NCBI GenBank assembly: GCA_963717435.1
Contig: OY970332.1
Span: forward strand, 448,001 to 512,000
DNA: 64,000 nt
Reading direction: 5' to 3'
Origin: an uncultured bacterium
GTDB lineage: Bacteria > Babelota > Babeliae > Babelales > Babelaceae
Part shown: in pieces, positions 39,425 to 49,477 of the stretch
Position numbering within the stretch: the stretch's first letter is position 1
Layout of the letters: every line of letters starts with the position of its first letter
Made by a program: the position numbers and the translations under genes
Notes under the pieces: model-generated
Told to the model about the DNA's origin: nothing
Databases searched by the model: none
What the model saw: only the letters and a program-made list of their open reading frames with translations

Positions 39425-41509
39425 TTATTTTTTAGAAGAATCACTAGGGCCACCCTCAGCAGGAACCTCTAAGTAACATTCGACGCGATCTTCAGGCTGC
39501 CACTCGTTAAAACCATTAACCAAGAAGCCGCACTCAAAACCGGCATTAACTTCTTTGACGTTTTTCTTGTCACGCTGCAAACTGCTTATAGAGCCTTCGC
39601 CAACTTTGTATTTTCCACGGAAAACTATAACTTTGCCTTCTTTAGAAAAGCGACCGCTATTAATTTTTGAACCGGCAATAACGCCCAGACCCTTAATATC
39701 GAAAGTCTTGAGAACTGTCGCTTCGCCGATCTTTTTAAGAACTTTTCTGACTTCCTGAGAAGACTTTAAGGTTTGTTCTAAATCTTCCAAAAGCTTATAA
39801 ATAATATCAAAGTTTTTGATTTCTACGCCGCTTTTTTGGGCAAGCAGATTGGCATTATGCTCAGATTTAACATGCAAGCCATATATTTTAGAATTAGTAT
39901 CTCTTGCAAGCGCAACATCACTTTCAGAAATCGATCCAACGCCAGAATGAACTATATAAAATTCTTTATCAAATTTATTTGAAAATCTAGCGATTGCACC
40001 CAAAAGCGCATCTCTTGACGAGATATTATCTGCTTTGACAATTATAGCTATGGCGTTTTCTTTGACAGCAGGTTTTAGTGAAACAGTAGGACCTGCAAAA
40101 TCTTGAAGGGAACTAGATTTGAATTTTTTAACATCTTGGGCAGAAACAACTTGAAAAAGCTGCCCCACTTCAGGAAGCTCAGAAAAACCAGCAACCTGAA
40201 CCGGAATTGACGGCCCAACTTGTTGCACTCTTTTACCAAATGAATCGATAAGAGAGCTGACTTTGCCAGTAGCATTGCCCGCAACAAAATAGTCGCCAAC
40301 TTTTAAGTGGCCATGCTGACAAATAACTGTAGCAACTGACCCTCGGCCCTTTTCAATTTTTGATTCTAAAATATAACCTCTTGCCGGTACTTTATCGTAA
40401 GCGAACAGTTCCATCATTTGGGACTGCAGAACTATAACATCCAGAAGCGCATCTACGCCCTGACCAGTTTTTGCAGAAATAGGCATAACTATTGTCGATC
40501 CACCCCATTCTTCTGGTATCAAATCGTATTGAGCAAGAGATCTTTTTATTGTTTCAACTTGTGCCGGGCTAACTTTGTCTACTTTGTTTATAGCCACAAT
40601 AATAGGCAAGCCAACGGCCTTTGCATGTCTTAATGCCTCTATTGTTTGCGGCATAATTCCATCGTCTGCAGCTATAATTAAAATAGCTATATCAGCAACT
40701 TTAATACCACGAACACGCATCAAAGAAAAAGCCTCGTGACCGGGAGTATCCAAAAATACTATCCCGCCATGGCTAGTTTTTGCCTCATAGGCTCCAAGAT
40801 GCTGTGTAATTCCGCCCTTTTCTTTTGATGCCACACGAGATTTTCTTATGTAATCCAAAAGGGTGGTCTTGCCATGGTCAACGTGACCAATAACAACTAC
40901 AACAGGCAACCTGTGAACCTTTGGCCCATTATTTTCTTGACCAGACTCTTCTCTCTGAATATTTTGAAGGCTGTTAGATTCTTGGGTAACTTTTTTTTCT
41001 AATATATTTAATCCATAAAACTGAGCCAATTGGGCCACAGTTTTTTCTGGAATAACTTGATTTTTTGATGCTGCAATTTTTTGTCTTAATAGAGTAAGAA
41101 TAACGTCATTAACAGGCTTTCCCGACTTCTGAGCAAAATCAGCGACAGTCATAGGCTCTATAAAGAGCGAAGGCGCAACTTCAGCTTTTGCAACTTCGGG
41201 AATTTTCACTTTAGAAATAGATGGTTTTGATTGAGAGACTTTTTCTTGCAAAATATTCACCGTTGTAGTTTTACTGTTGTTATCTGTACCCGAATGTTCC
41301 AATTTATTCTCGACGACGGTCTTGACAATTTTTGGCTCAGCTTTTGGCGCGGACCCAGGCAACTTAGAATTTAAAAAAGTTACGGCATCATCAGGCAAAA
41401 CGGCCATATGAGTCTGAATGTCAAATCCACCATCTTTTAGAATTTTCAAAACGTCTTTATTCGACATATTGTGTTGCTTTGAAAATTCATAAACTCTGAG
41501 CGCCATCAA
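39425..41509 (-). CDS. infB: Translation initiation factor IF-2
   Basis: LRVYEF N-terminus, GHVDHGKTT, GGITQH, DTPGHEAF, NKVD, ECG. Confidence 0.97.
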   Translation of the reverse strand: MMALRVYEFSKQHNMSNKDVLKILKDGGFDIQTHMAVLPDDAVTFLNSKLPGSAPKAEPKIVKTVVENKLEHSGTDNNSKTTTVNILQEKVSQSKPSISKVKIPEVAKAEVAPSLFIEPMTVADFAQKSGKPVNDVILTLLRQKIAASKNQVIPEKTVAQLAQFYGLNILEKKVTQESNSLQNIQREESGQENNGPKVHRLPVVVVIGHVDHGKTTLLDYIRKSRVASKEKGGITQHLGAYEAKTSHGGIVFLDTPGHEAFSLMRVRGIKVADIAILIIAADDGIMPQTIEALRHAKAVGLPIIVAINKVDKVSPAQVETIKRSLAQYDLIPEEWGGSTIVMPISAKTGQGVDALLDVIVLQSQMMELFAYDKVPARGYILESKIEKGRGSVATVICQHGHLKVGDYFVAGNATGKVSSLIDSFGKRVQQVGPSIPVQVAGFSELPEVGQLFQVVSAQDVKKFKSSSLQDFAGPTVSLKPAVKENAIAIIVKADNISSRDALLGAIARFSNKFDKEFYIVHSGVGSISESDVALARDTNSKIYGLHVKSEHNANLLAQKSGVEIKNFDIIYKLLEDLEQTLKSSQEVRKVLKKIGEATVLKTFDIKGLGVIAGSKINSGRFSKEGKVIVFRGKYKVGEGSISSLQRDKKNVKEVNAGFECGFLVNGFNEWQPEDRVECYLEVPAEGGPSDSSKK

Positions 41510-41531
41510 CTTACCCCGTCTTTTTTATTTA

Positions 41532-42614
41532 TTATTCTTGAAAATCTTCGCCATCAGAGTCGTCATATTCGCTAGACGAAATTTCATCTTTTTGACCTAA
41601 AGACTCCGATTTGATTAAATTTATAACAACGCCAGTCAATTGTGACGCAAGGGCTATATTTTGCCCCATTTTTCCAATTGCAACCGAACGCTGGTCTTCG
41701 TCAACCCAAACATCTGCCGATTTGGAATCGACCATCTCAACACGATTTATATGGGCCGGCTTAAGAGCATCTTTTATCATCTCTTCCTGAGAAGAAGTAT
41801 ATGCGATAATATCTATTTTTTCTCCGCCAATCTCTTTTAATATTGGCCTAATTCTGGCGCCACCAAATCCGACACATGTTCCCACAGGGTCAATATTTTT
41901 ATCGTTCGATGAAACTACAATCTTAGATTTATATCCAGCTATTCTTACGGCTTTTTTAATCTCTACAAGCTTTTCAAAAACCTCTGGTATTTCTAGCTCA
42001 AAAAGAGCTTTTAAGAATTCAACAGAAGATCTATCAAGAATCAGTTGGTTCTCATTTCTAGGCTCAACCAAGACTTCTTTAAGAAGGGCCCTAATAGGAT
42101 GCCCCACAACGCAAACATCCGTTGGAATGGAAAGCGATCTTGGCAAGAACGCCAAGTTGTCGCCAATCTTAACGGTTGTTCCACCACGCTCACACTTGTG
42201 GATAATTCCGTGGACAACAGTATCCTCTTTGGGTTTGAATTCTTCATAGATAGACGCAGACTCAATAGCGCGAATTTTTTGGGCAATAACCTGTTTTGCT
42301 TTTAATATCTCTATTCGCCCAATTGGCTCCGAAAATGGAACCAGGATTTCTTGGTCCAGTTCGGCTTTAGGGTTTATGGCCCTGGCTTTTCTTAAAGAGA
42401 TCTGCTTATCTTCATCTTCGGGATTTGAAACAACTGTTTTTTTGCTAAAAACTTCTATTTCATCGGTCTTTTTATTGTGGATCACACTAAATTCGACTTC
42501 GGGGTATTTTTTATTATAAGCAGAAAGCATACCTTCGCAGATTATGTTACTCAACACTGCACGATCCAGGCCACGCTCCTCTACAAGTTCTTCTATAACT
42601 AGTGACAGTCTCAC
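41532..42614 (-). CDS. nusA: Transcription termination/antitermination factor NusA
   Basis: AKQVI, LFELEIPEV, DPVGTCVG, GEKIDII, AIGKMGQNIALASQLTG. Confidence 0.96.
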   Translation of the reverse strand: MRLSLVIEELVEERGLDRAVLSNIICEGMLSAYNKKYPEVEFSVIHNKKTDEIEVFSKKTVVSNPEDEDKQISLRKARAINPKAELDQEILVPFSEPIGRIEILKAKQVIAQKIRAIESASIYEEFKPKEDTVVHGIIHKCERGGTTVKIGDNLAFLPRSLSIPTDVCVVGHPIRALLKEVLVEPRNENQLILDRSSVEFLKALFELEIPEVFEKLVEIKKAVRIAGYKSKIVVSSNDKNIDPVGTCVGFGGARIRPILKEIGGEKIDIIAYTSSQEEMIKDALKPAHINRVEMVDSKSADVWVDEDQRSVAIGKMGQNIALASQLTGVVINLIKSESLGQKDEISSSEYDDSDGEDFQE

Positions 42615-42774
42615 AATATCCCTTGAAAATTTTAAATTGATTTTTGAATTCGGATTTTATTTAAGATATGGGTTAGCGTATCACAAGTTTTGAAAAAAAT
42701 AAAGATTGTTACCCAAGTATTCTCTTTTTTATGGTTTTTTATTATGTGACTTATGTTTTCAGTTTGTAAAGCTG

Positions 42775-43083
42775 CTATTATTATTTATATATATATATTT
42801 ATATATACTAATAGTAGGTGACCCCTAAAAATGTGGATAACTCCCATTTTTTCTACAAAAAAGCCCGTAAATACAGCATTTTGTTCATTTTTAAAAATGT
42901 GGATAACTATGTGGATAACTTGTGGATAACTCAAATTGAGCATATCTAGAGCCCGTTTTGGAAGCATGTATATATTAATACGCTTATCTATTCAGCTTAT
43001 AGCGCAACTATAAATAAATTGCTTTTTGAGTTATCCACATAGTTTTTGAGTTATCCACATAGTTATCCACATAGTTATCCACA
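42775..43083. promoter_or_regulatory. Probable chromosomal replication origin oriC
   Basis: Eight perfect DnaA boxes: TGTGGATAA at 42832, 42898, 42910, 42921 and TTATCCACA at 43031, 43051, 43063, 43075. Minus strand box-GGGGTCAC-CTACTATTAGTA-TATATAAATATATAT resembles the DnaA-trio/AT-rich unwinding element. Confidence 0.85.
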
Positions 43084-43243
43084 TTCGGAAAAATAAGTTT
43101 TTTTCAAATATGTAATTATTTTTTTAAATTAAAACCTGAGATAATTTTTGTATTATTTTTTTGTTTTAAATTCTATATGCGAAATTATTCTTGAAAGTCA
43201 ATTTTAAATTATTAATATTAAATTATTTTCACCTGTTTATTTC

Positions 43244-43634
43244 TGTTACAAAATTTAATTTACATTCAGAAATACTTGCCTGCTCTTGTTGCTTTTTGAG
43301 TTTTTTAGGAAAATATTCGCGTATAATTTGTGTTACAAGTTAATATCTTTTTGTTGCACAAATTGTTTTTTGTGACGCTTAAATTTAGAGAATAATAGCT
43401 TTTTTATAAACTTGTTGCATTTTTGTATTTATAAAAAATATCTGCATAAGTACAAGTTTTTTTGTTGCGTTAATATTTTTTGGGTAGTTTGTTTCTGCGA
43501 TAAAATATATAACTTTTTAGTTGTTTTTGTTTTGACCAACTTTGCTACATTTAAAACTATTTTTACTTTTTGCAACAGCTGTTTTTTGGGATATTTTTGT
43601 ATAAAAAGTGTTGCACGGTTTGTTGCGTGTTGCA
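43244..43634. repeat. Cluster of TGTTRCR heptamers beside oriC
   Basis: Exact matches at 43244, 43331, 43352, 43413, 43463, 43571 (reverse), 43609, 43621, 43628; near matches at 43287, 43371, 43543. Confidence 0.6.
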
Positions 43635-43658
43635 TTTTTCGGCCAAAAATCTATTTTT

Positions 43659-45068
43659 TCAGTTCACGCTGGGCAGCGACAAATATTTTATTAGCATCTT
43701 GTGCCAGCTGTTCTTTGAGCCAAAATCTGTTTGAGCAAATGAACTGTGAACATTGTATTCCGGGAAATAGATAGAAATTCCCGATGCGCTTTTAAGATTT
43801 TGTCCTACGGAGTTATGTAAAACAACTTCTCTGATTTTTTGGCAACAATCAGATAGTTCTTTTAAGAGCTCTTGTTTATAACTTTCTGTTTCTGCAGGAT
43901 TACTAAGTTCAATTTTGTTGATATTAGAGATAACATTTTTTAAAAAATGATTAAGATCTATATAAGTTGGTTCTTCAAAATGTGTGCAGTTGTCTTTGCT
44001 TTTTGATATTTTGAGAACTCTTTTTACAGAGAAGTTTTTCTGTTTATTTAATCCGTCCACTAGAATATTTGAGATTCTATTAATATTTTGTTCTAGTTGA
44101 TCGAAATTTTCTAATTTTATAACAGACTGGGTATAATCCTGAATTATTGCGCTGTAAACTTGCGTATAACTAGTAACAATATGCCGTATAAAATCTTCTG
44201 TTTGCATAGGCGAGTTAACAAGCGGAGAAAGCATCTTAAAATAATCGTACCCTGACCCGAGAACCACTTCTTGAGAAGCAACCATATATTTGGCCGCACC
44301 CTTTCCATCATTTGCCTGTTTTATTGAAGTTGCGACTCCCACCATTGACATAAGACAAGCATCAAAAATTATGGTTTCAAACTGTTCTCCCATTAGGCAT
44401 TCTTTGCATACTGTGTCCAAAACTTGCCCCAGGCTCTTGTTGGTTATATATGTTGATGATGAGTCATCAAAGCAGCTTCCTCGTTCTTCTGTTTGTTCAT
44501 TAACGGCTCTTACAAAATCCAGAAATCCTATACTGCGATCAAGTTCTATTTTGCGAGTTTGCGGATTAAAATTAAATAATTCTGATGCGTTTACCGCCCT
44601 TCTTAATTGAGGTTCAACGTCACCTGTGCCGTGGTTCCAAATCAAAAGATGATATCTTTTAGCCTTAAACTGCGTAGTTGCCATCCTGCAGAAATCTAAT
44701 AGTGTATTCGGGTCGCCGCTACTCATATTCAAATCTGGCCCAATTTTTACAAGTGTATTATTTTGCACATAAAATCTTTGAGTTATTTTCTTTTGGGCCA
44801 ATCTTTTAATATCAAGATGTATTACGATTTTTAAATTTTTTGAATTCGTTGCTACTTTCATTATTTGACTCAGATTTCTATCTGCAAATACTGCAAGATC
44901 GTTAACGGCAGCGATATAAATTGCGAGCAAATGTTCTGAGACTTCGTCGTTTTTGTTAATTTTTTGTTTTCTAGTCGCATCACTAGGCTGTATTTCTATT
45001 TCTTGCATATCTGCGTTTATATTTGATACACAAGCAAGAGCAAAAATATTTAAAATAAGTTTTTTCAT
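43659..45068 (-). CDS. Clostripain-family (C11) cysteine peptidase, secreted
   Basis: Signal peptide, IYIAAVNDL, LIWNHGTG (catalytic His), IFDACLMS (catalytic Cys), VASQE, GISIYFP. Confidence 0.88.
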   Translation of the reverse strand: MKKLILNIFALACVSNINADMQEIEIQPSDATRKQKINKNDEVSEHLLAIYIAAVNDLAVFADRNLSQIMKVATNSKNLKIVIHLDIKRLAQKKITQRFYVQNNTLVKIGPDLNMSSGDPNTLLDFCRMATTQFKAKRYHLLIWNHGTGDVEPQLRRAVNASELFNFNPQTRKIELDRSIGFLDFVRAVNEQTEERGSCFDDSSSTYITNKSLGQVLDTVCKECLMGEQFETIIFDACLMSMVGVATSIKQANDGKGAAKYMVASQEVVLGSGYDYFKMLSPLVNSPMQTEDFIRHIVTSYTQVYSAIIQDYTQSVIKLENFDQLEQNINRISNILVDGLNKQKNFSVKRVLKISKSKDNCTHFEEPTYIDLNHFLKNVISNINKIELSNPAETESYKQELLKELSDCCQKIREVVLHNSVGQNLKSASGISIYFPEYNVHSSFAQTDFGSKNSWHKMLIKYLSLPSVN

Positions 45069-45180
45069 CTTGGTCCCCTAAATTTTCTAAAGAATTAGAA
45101 TCTCATAAGATCTAATAGAATCTTATGATAATATGTTCCCAATTATCAATAATTTAAAAATAATTTGAGAATCTAAATAA

Positions 45181-46386
45181 TTAAACTTTTAATATATTAT
45201 AGAGGGCCAAAGCAAAAGTGATTCCAAAGCTTAGCTGGAAATCGAGAAAAAATAGCTGGCTGGGGTTATGCAAAAGGACCATAAAGCAAGTAAGAGATAC
45301 TATATTTATGGCCTGGACTGGCAAATACAAAAAATTGCATAAATTATAAATAAAAAACATAATAAGCGATCTTAAAAAGCCGATAGTTGACCAGCTTAAT
45401 ACTGCATATATTGTTATCAGAATTATAGATAATATTTTTTTGGCAGAATAACTTATCGGCATAAATGCAGTTAATATCTGCAATATTAGTATCACCATTA
45501 ATAAATGCAGACCCGCGCGGGCAATATAGTGCGACAGTCCCCAATAACTAAAATCTTTTTTAACCTGCGTAAATATGTCTTCAGAAATATTTTTATATCC
45601 AAAAAATACCAGTGAAAAATAGGCGAAGCTTTTTGGGGAAAGCTTATTCTCTATTTTCTTTATTAACTTATTTTTAAAAACTGTGATTTTGTCGTACCAG
45701 CTTAAATTTTTCTGTTTTTCGGGAAAATTTGTTTCGGTGATTTCAGTTAATTTAGTTATTTTGGATTCTAAATTCAGAATAAACAAATTGGACAAAATCT
45801 CTTCTTTTATCAGATATCTTTTGAACTCTTTATTGTCAGACTTCTTAAGCTCTATATCTTTTAATTTTATTTTGTCCCCGATTTTTAAATTAGGGTCAGT
45901 TTTTGTATAAATATAAATTATTTTGTTTTTGTAAGCGTCAAAATTTTTGGTATCAGTTTTAATATAACCCGCTTGCGCGATATTTTCTGACAGATCCTGA
46001 ATTTCCAAACTTAACTTATAGGGCATGTTTTTTTGTTTAAACTTAGTAACATCAAGCACTTTTGCATATAACTCCAGCTTCTTATACGCAAGAATATTTA
46101 TCTTGTTATCGTAATCTGACACAACATGCTGATTTCTTACCGATCCGGCAAAAAAGCATATTAAACTTATCCCAATTAAATTATAAAACTCAGATTTTTT
46201 TTCTAAAATATATCTTAACCAAACAAGAATTATTCCCGACACAAACAAGCCAATTAAAATTAAATTTGTACTTGAAAATCCATAATCGTTAAAATAAATT
46301 CCAAGAATCAAAAAAAACGTATAAATAACTACGTTTGGGATTTTAGAATCGAAAAAATTTTGTGCAGATTTTGTTTCTTGCGGCAC
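45181..46386 (-). CDS. comEC: ComEC/Rec2-family competence membrane protein (short form, no metallo-beta-lactamase domain)
   Basis: N-terminal TMs and OB-like region, GLSHYIARAGLH, RSLIM, NPSQLFFLDFQLSF. Confidence 0.8.
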   Translation of the reverse strand: MPQETKSAQNFFDSKIPNVVIYTFFLILGIYFNDYGFSSTNLILIGLFVSGIILVWLRYILEKKSEFYNLIGISLICFFAGSVRNQHVVSDYDNKINILAYKKLELYAKVLDVTKFKQKNMPYKLSLEIQDLSENIAQAGYIKTDTKNFDAYKNKIIYIYTKTDPNLKIGDKIKLKDIELKKSDNKEFKRYLIKEEILSNLFILNLESKITKLTEITETNFPEKQKNLSWYDKITVFKNKLIKKIENKLSPKSFAYFSLVFFGYKNISEDIFTQVKKDFSYWGLSHYIARAGLHLLMVILILQILTAFMPISYSAKKILSIILITIYAVLSWSTIGFLRSLIMFFIYNLCNFLYLPVQAINIVSLTCFMVLLHNPSQLFFLDFQLSFGITFALALYNILKV

Positions 46387-46412
46387 TTATGTGTTTTCTC
46401 GGTAACTTATTT

Positions 46413-48656
46413 TTAGACTTCTTTAATTTCTGAGAATCCTGGGCTTGATAAATCAAATTTAAGATCTGCAGCCATTTTTTCAACTGATTTGGCGTGCTCT
46501 TCAAGACCCAAAGATACAATAAGATCGATAAATTCCATAGGCATCATCCCAATTTCAGTTGCCTGATGAAAAATACATGTCGCAGGCGTCATGCCCGGAA
46601 GAGTATTTATCTCGATTATAACCAATCTTTGCTTGCCAGTCTTGCTAAGTGTTTCGTTTTGATAAAAACAGTCGATTCTTGAATAACCCTTACAACCAAC
46701 GGTCATATAAACTTGTTCTATTATGTTCTGAACAAATTTTATTCTTTCAGGCTCAAGATTTGCAGGTGTTTGGTTTTCACCGGCACCGGGCAAGAATTTT
46801 TCTTCTATCGATAATATATCTCCTGCTGTGATCGTCTGACTCGGTGGCATAGCTGTAGCGCTATTATTTCCCGTAACGCCAACAGTTAACTCCATACCGA
46901 CAATACATTCTTCAACAAGTGCAAAATTTTTATTGCTTGAGAATATATTATTTATGCAAGTCTCTAAATCTTTTTTGTTTTTTGCTTTTTGCACCATCAC
47001 GCTGCAACCGTCATCATGCGGCTTTATTATCATCGGAAAGCCAATATTTTTTTCTATTAAATTTAAAGTTTGTTCTCTATTAAGCTCAAAATCAGTTTTT
47101 TCGACTAAAATTCCAGCTGGTACATCAAAGCCCTTAGATCGCAAAAAATTATTTGTTTTAAATTTATCCATGCATAGTGCACTTGCAAGAACGCTAGAGC
47201 CATTATACGGTAAATCTAGCATCTCCAGAGCGCCCTGAACAGAACCATTTTCGCCCTCGCCGCCGTGCAGCGCAATAAAAACAAAGTCCGAAAGTTTCTT
47301 AAGATCCGACCAGCCAATTTTCATTTCTGGTTTTAATCCCAAAGTAATCTCGCTTGTTGAATTTCTTACAAGCAATTTCTGGTCGATTATATAAAGATCC
47401 AAATTTGCATCGACAAATACAGGCATAGCAACATATTTTTCTGGAGATAGCTTATAAATTATATTTCTACCAGATTCTAGCGAGATCTCTTTTTCGTTCG
47501 ATCTTCCGCCAAGTAGTACTGCAACACGAAGTTTATTTTCCATATTATTATTTTTTTCAAACTCTAATTCAAAATCTAAATTTTTGTTTTTTAGCACAAG
47601 CTCTGATTTAATTAAGTGGTTAATAACTGCTGTATGTGACATATCAATTTCAGCAGCCTGTCTAAATAATATACTCGATGGTGCCATTCCCGAAAGTGTA
47701 TTTGGGTCCGTTATAATAACTCGATTATCTTTTGTCAAAAAACCATCTATGCGGGCTAAAGTTGTCATCCCAAGAGATTTCATAGTTTTTATACAAGTTT
47801 TTTGTATCAAATCTATTTCTTTTTCTGAGCATCGTGCTGGCGTAAATTTTTTGGATTTACCGGGCATATATTTTTGCTCGTAATCCCAAAAGCCATTAGC
47901 GCTTTCCGGAACTATCTCTGTTGGTGGTAATATTATAGGCTCGCCCGTTTTATAATCAATTAAGATTAGGCAAGAAAACTCCATTCCCTCGATTTTTTCT
48001 TCAACCAAAACATCTTGTGTTTTTTGTGGGTCTATATTTTTTGCTTTAATTATGGCTTTAAATAATTCTTCTTTATTATTAACAATGCTAACGCCCAGAC
48101 TTGAGCCTTCATGTTGGGGTTTTACAACAAGTGGGAAATCTAGCCCCGCTGATTTTATCTTTTCCAGAATCTTTTCTTTATCTACAGAATTAGTATTTTT
48201 AATATCTGATGCTTTAATTACAATATCTTTTGCTGTATTTATGCCATCTTGCTTTAAAATACTTTTTTGAAAAATCTTATCCATTCCAAATGCGCTTGCA
48301 GCTACTTTTGAGCCTAAATACGGGATGCGCAAAACTTCAAGCATGCCCTGAAGTGTGCCATCTTCAGCAAATCTGCCATGGGTTGCAATATAAACAAAAT
48401 CTATAAGATTTTTTAAATCATCCCAGCTTATTTTTTCTGCTTCTTTTTCTAATCGATCTTCAAAATCTGATATTTTTCCACGATATAAAAACTTGTTGGG
48501 CAAAATATATAGATCGCCATTTGATCTTTGAAATATTGGCACAATACTATAAATTTGTGTGTCCAAATGGTTGCAGACAGTTCTGCCCGAATTAAAAGAG
48601 ACTTCTCTTTCAATCGATCTTCCCCCCATCAAGACGCCGACTTTGATTTTTGTCAT
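46413..48656 (-). CDS. ddl: D-alanine--D-alanine ligase family protein made of two complete tandem ATP-grasp ligase domains
   Basis: Probable start MTKIKVGVL. Domain 1: GGRSIEREVS, HGRFAEDG, GSS, RIDG. Domain 2: GGRSNEKEIS, HGGEGENG, GCS, RIDC, EINTLPG. Confidence 0.88.
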   Translation of the reverse strand: MTKIKVGVLMGGRSIEREVSFNSGRTVCNHLDTQIYSIVPIFQRSNGDLYILPNKFLYRGKISDFEDRLEKEAEKISWDDLKNLIDFVYIATHGRFAEDGTLQGMLEVLRIPYLGSKVAASAFGMDKIFQKSILKQDGINTAKDIVIKASDIKNTNSVDKEKILEKIKSAGLDFPLVVKPQHEGSSLGVSIVNNKEELFKAIIKAKNIDPQKTQDVLVEEKIEGMEFSCLILIDYKTGEPIILPPTEIVPESANGFWDYEQKYMPGKSKKFTPARCSEKEIDLIQKTCIKTMKSLGMTTLARIDGFLTKDNRVIITDPNTLSGMAPSSILFRQAAEIDMSHTAVINHLIKSELVLKNKNLDFELEFEKNNNMENKLRVAVLLGGRSNEKEISLESGRNIIYKLSPEKYVAMPVFVDANLDLYIIDQKLLVRNSTSEITLGLKPEMKIGWSDLKKLSDFVFIALHGGEGENGSVQGALEMLDLPYNGSSVLASALCMDKFKTNNFLRSKGFDVPAGILVEKTDFELNREQTLNLIEKNIGFPMIIKPHDDGCSVMVQKAKNKKDLETCINNIFSSNKNFALVEECIVGMELTVGVTGNNSATAMPPSQTITAGDILSIEEKFLPGAGENQTPANLEPERIKFVQNIIEQVYMTVGCKGYSRIDCFYQNETLSKTGKQRLVIIEINTLPGMTPATCIFHQATEIGMMPMEFIDLIVSLGLEEHAKSVEKMAADLKFDLSSPGFSEIKEV

Positions 48657-48800
48657 TTTTACCCCAAAAAATTTATGTCCCCAGAAAAGAATATAATTTA
48701 TTTTTTGTTTATTTTTTATTCTATATTTTATTATCATAATTTTAGATAAAATTACTATTTAAATCTAGAAAATATAAAATTTTAATCAGAAAGTTTATTT

Positions 48801-49373
48801 ATGTCAGATCTAGTAAAAACAGCAAAAAACGACAAAAAATCAAATTTGGTATGGGTGGATCTGGAAATGACGGGCTTAAATCCCCTAAAAGACAAAATTT
48901 TAGAAATCGCAGTAATAATAACTGACGGAGAGCTTAATATTATCGCAGAAGGCCCGCAGATTATAATTTCTCAGAAATTTGATCAAGCTCTTCTAGATCC
49001 AAAAGTTATTAAAATTCATACAGATAATGGCCTATTTAAAGCAGTAGAAGAATCTAAAATTTCACTTGAAAGTGCCGAACAAACTGTTTTAGATTTTGTT
49101 AAGCAATATTGCGACGCCGGCACCGCGCCGCTTTGTGGAAACTCAATTTATAACGACCGTTTTTTTATTAAACTTTATATGCAAGAATTAGATAAATTTT
49201 TGCACTATAGAAACTTAGATGTCTCTAGTATCAAAGAAGTTGTTAAGCACTGGTACCCAAATAACCCCAAAATAAAATTTTTTAAACCCGAGTCCCACAG
49301 AGCATTAGAAGACATAAAACTTTCTATCGAAGAACTAAAGCACTATAGAATGAACTTTTTTATCTCCCAGTAA
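48801..49373 (+). CDS. orn: Oligoribonuclease
   Basis: LVWVDLEMTGL, PLCGNSI, HYRNLDVSSIKE, HRALEDI. Confidence 0.95.
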   Translation: MSDLVKTAKNDKKSNLVWVDLEMTGLNPLKDKILEIAVIITDGELNIIAEGPQIIISQKFDQALLDPKVIKIHTDNGLFKAVEESKISLESAEQTVLDFVKQYCDAGTAPLCGNSIYNDRFFIKLYMQELDKFLHYRNLDVSSIKEVVKHWYPNNPKIKFFKPESHRALEDIKLSIEELKHYRMNFFISQ

Positions 49374-49412
49374 AAAGCGACATAAACTTTAATCACTATT
49401 TTCTGAAATTTT

Positions 49413-49445
49413 AAAAGCCCCAAATTTTCATCTGGGGCTTTTTTT
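49413..49445. terminator. Bidirectional terminator between orn and a delta-60 gene
   Basis: AAAAGCCCCA-AATTTTCATC-TGGGGCTTTTTTT. Confidence 0.75.
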
Positions 49446-49477
49446 ACTTAGCGAGTCTGTTTGCTTTCTTTATCAAG

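Noticed and set aside
43022-43083. Short direct repeats (TTTTTGAGTTATCCACATAG, TTATCCACATAG) as a possible CRISPR or iteron array
   Set aside because: No unique spacers and no cas or rep genes; fully explained as tandem DnaA boxes.
43412-43774. ORFs of 120 aa (+) and 68 aa (-) near oriC
   Set aside because: Low-complexity translations of T-rich DNA with no RBS or recognisable domain.
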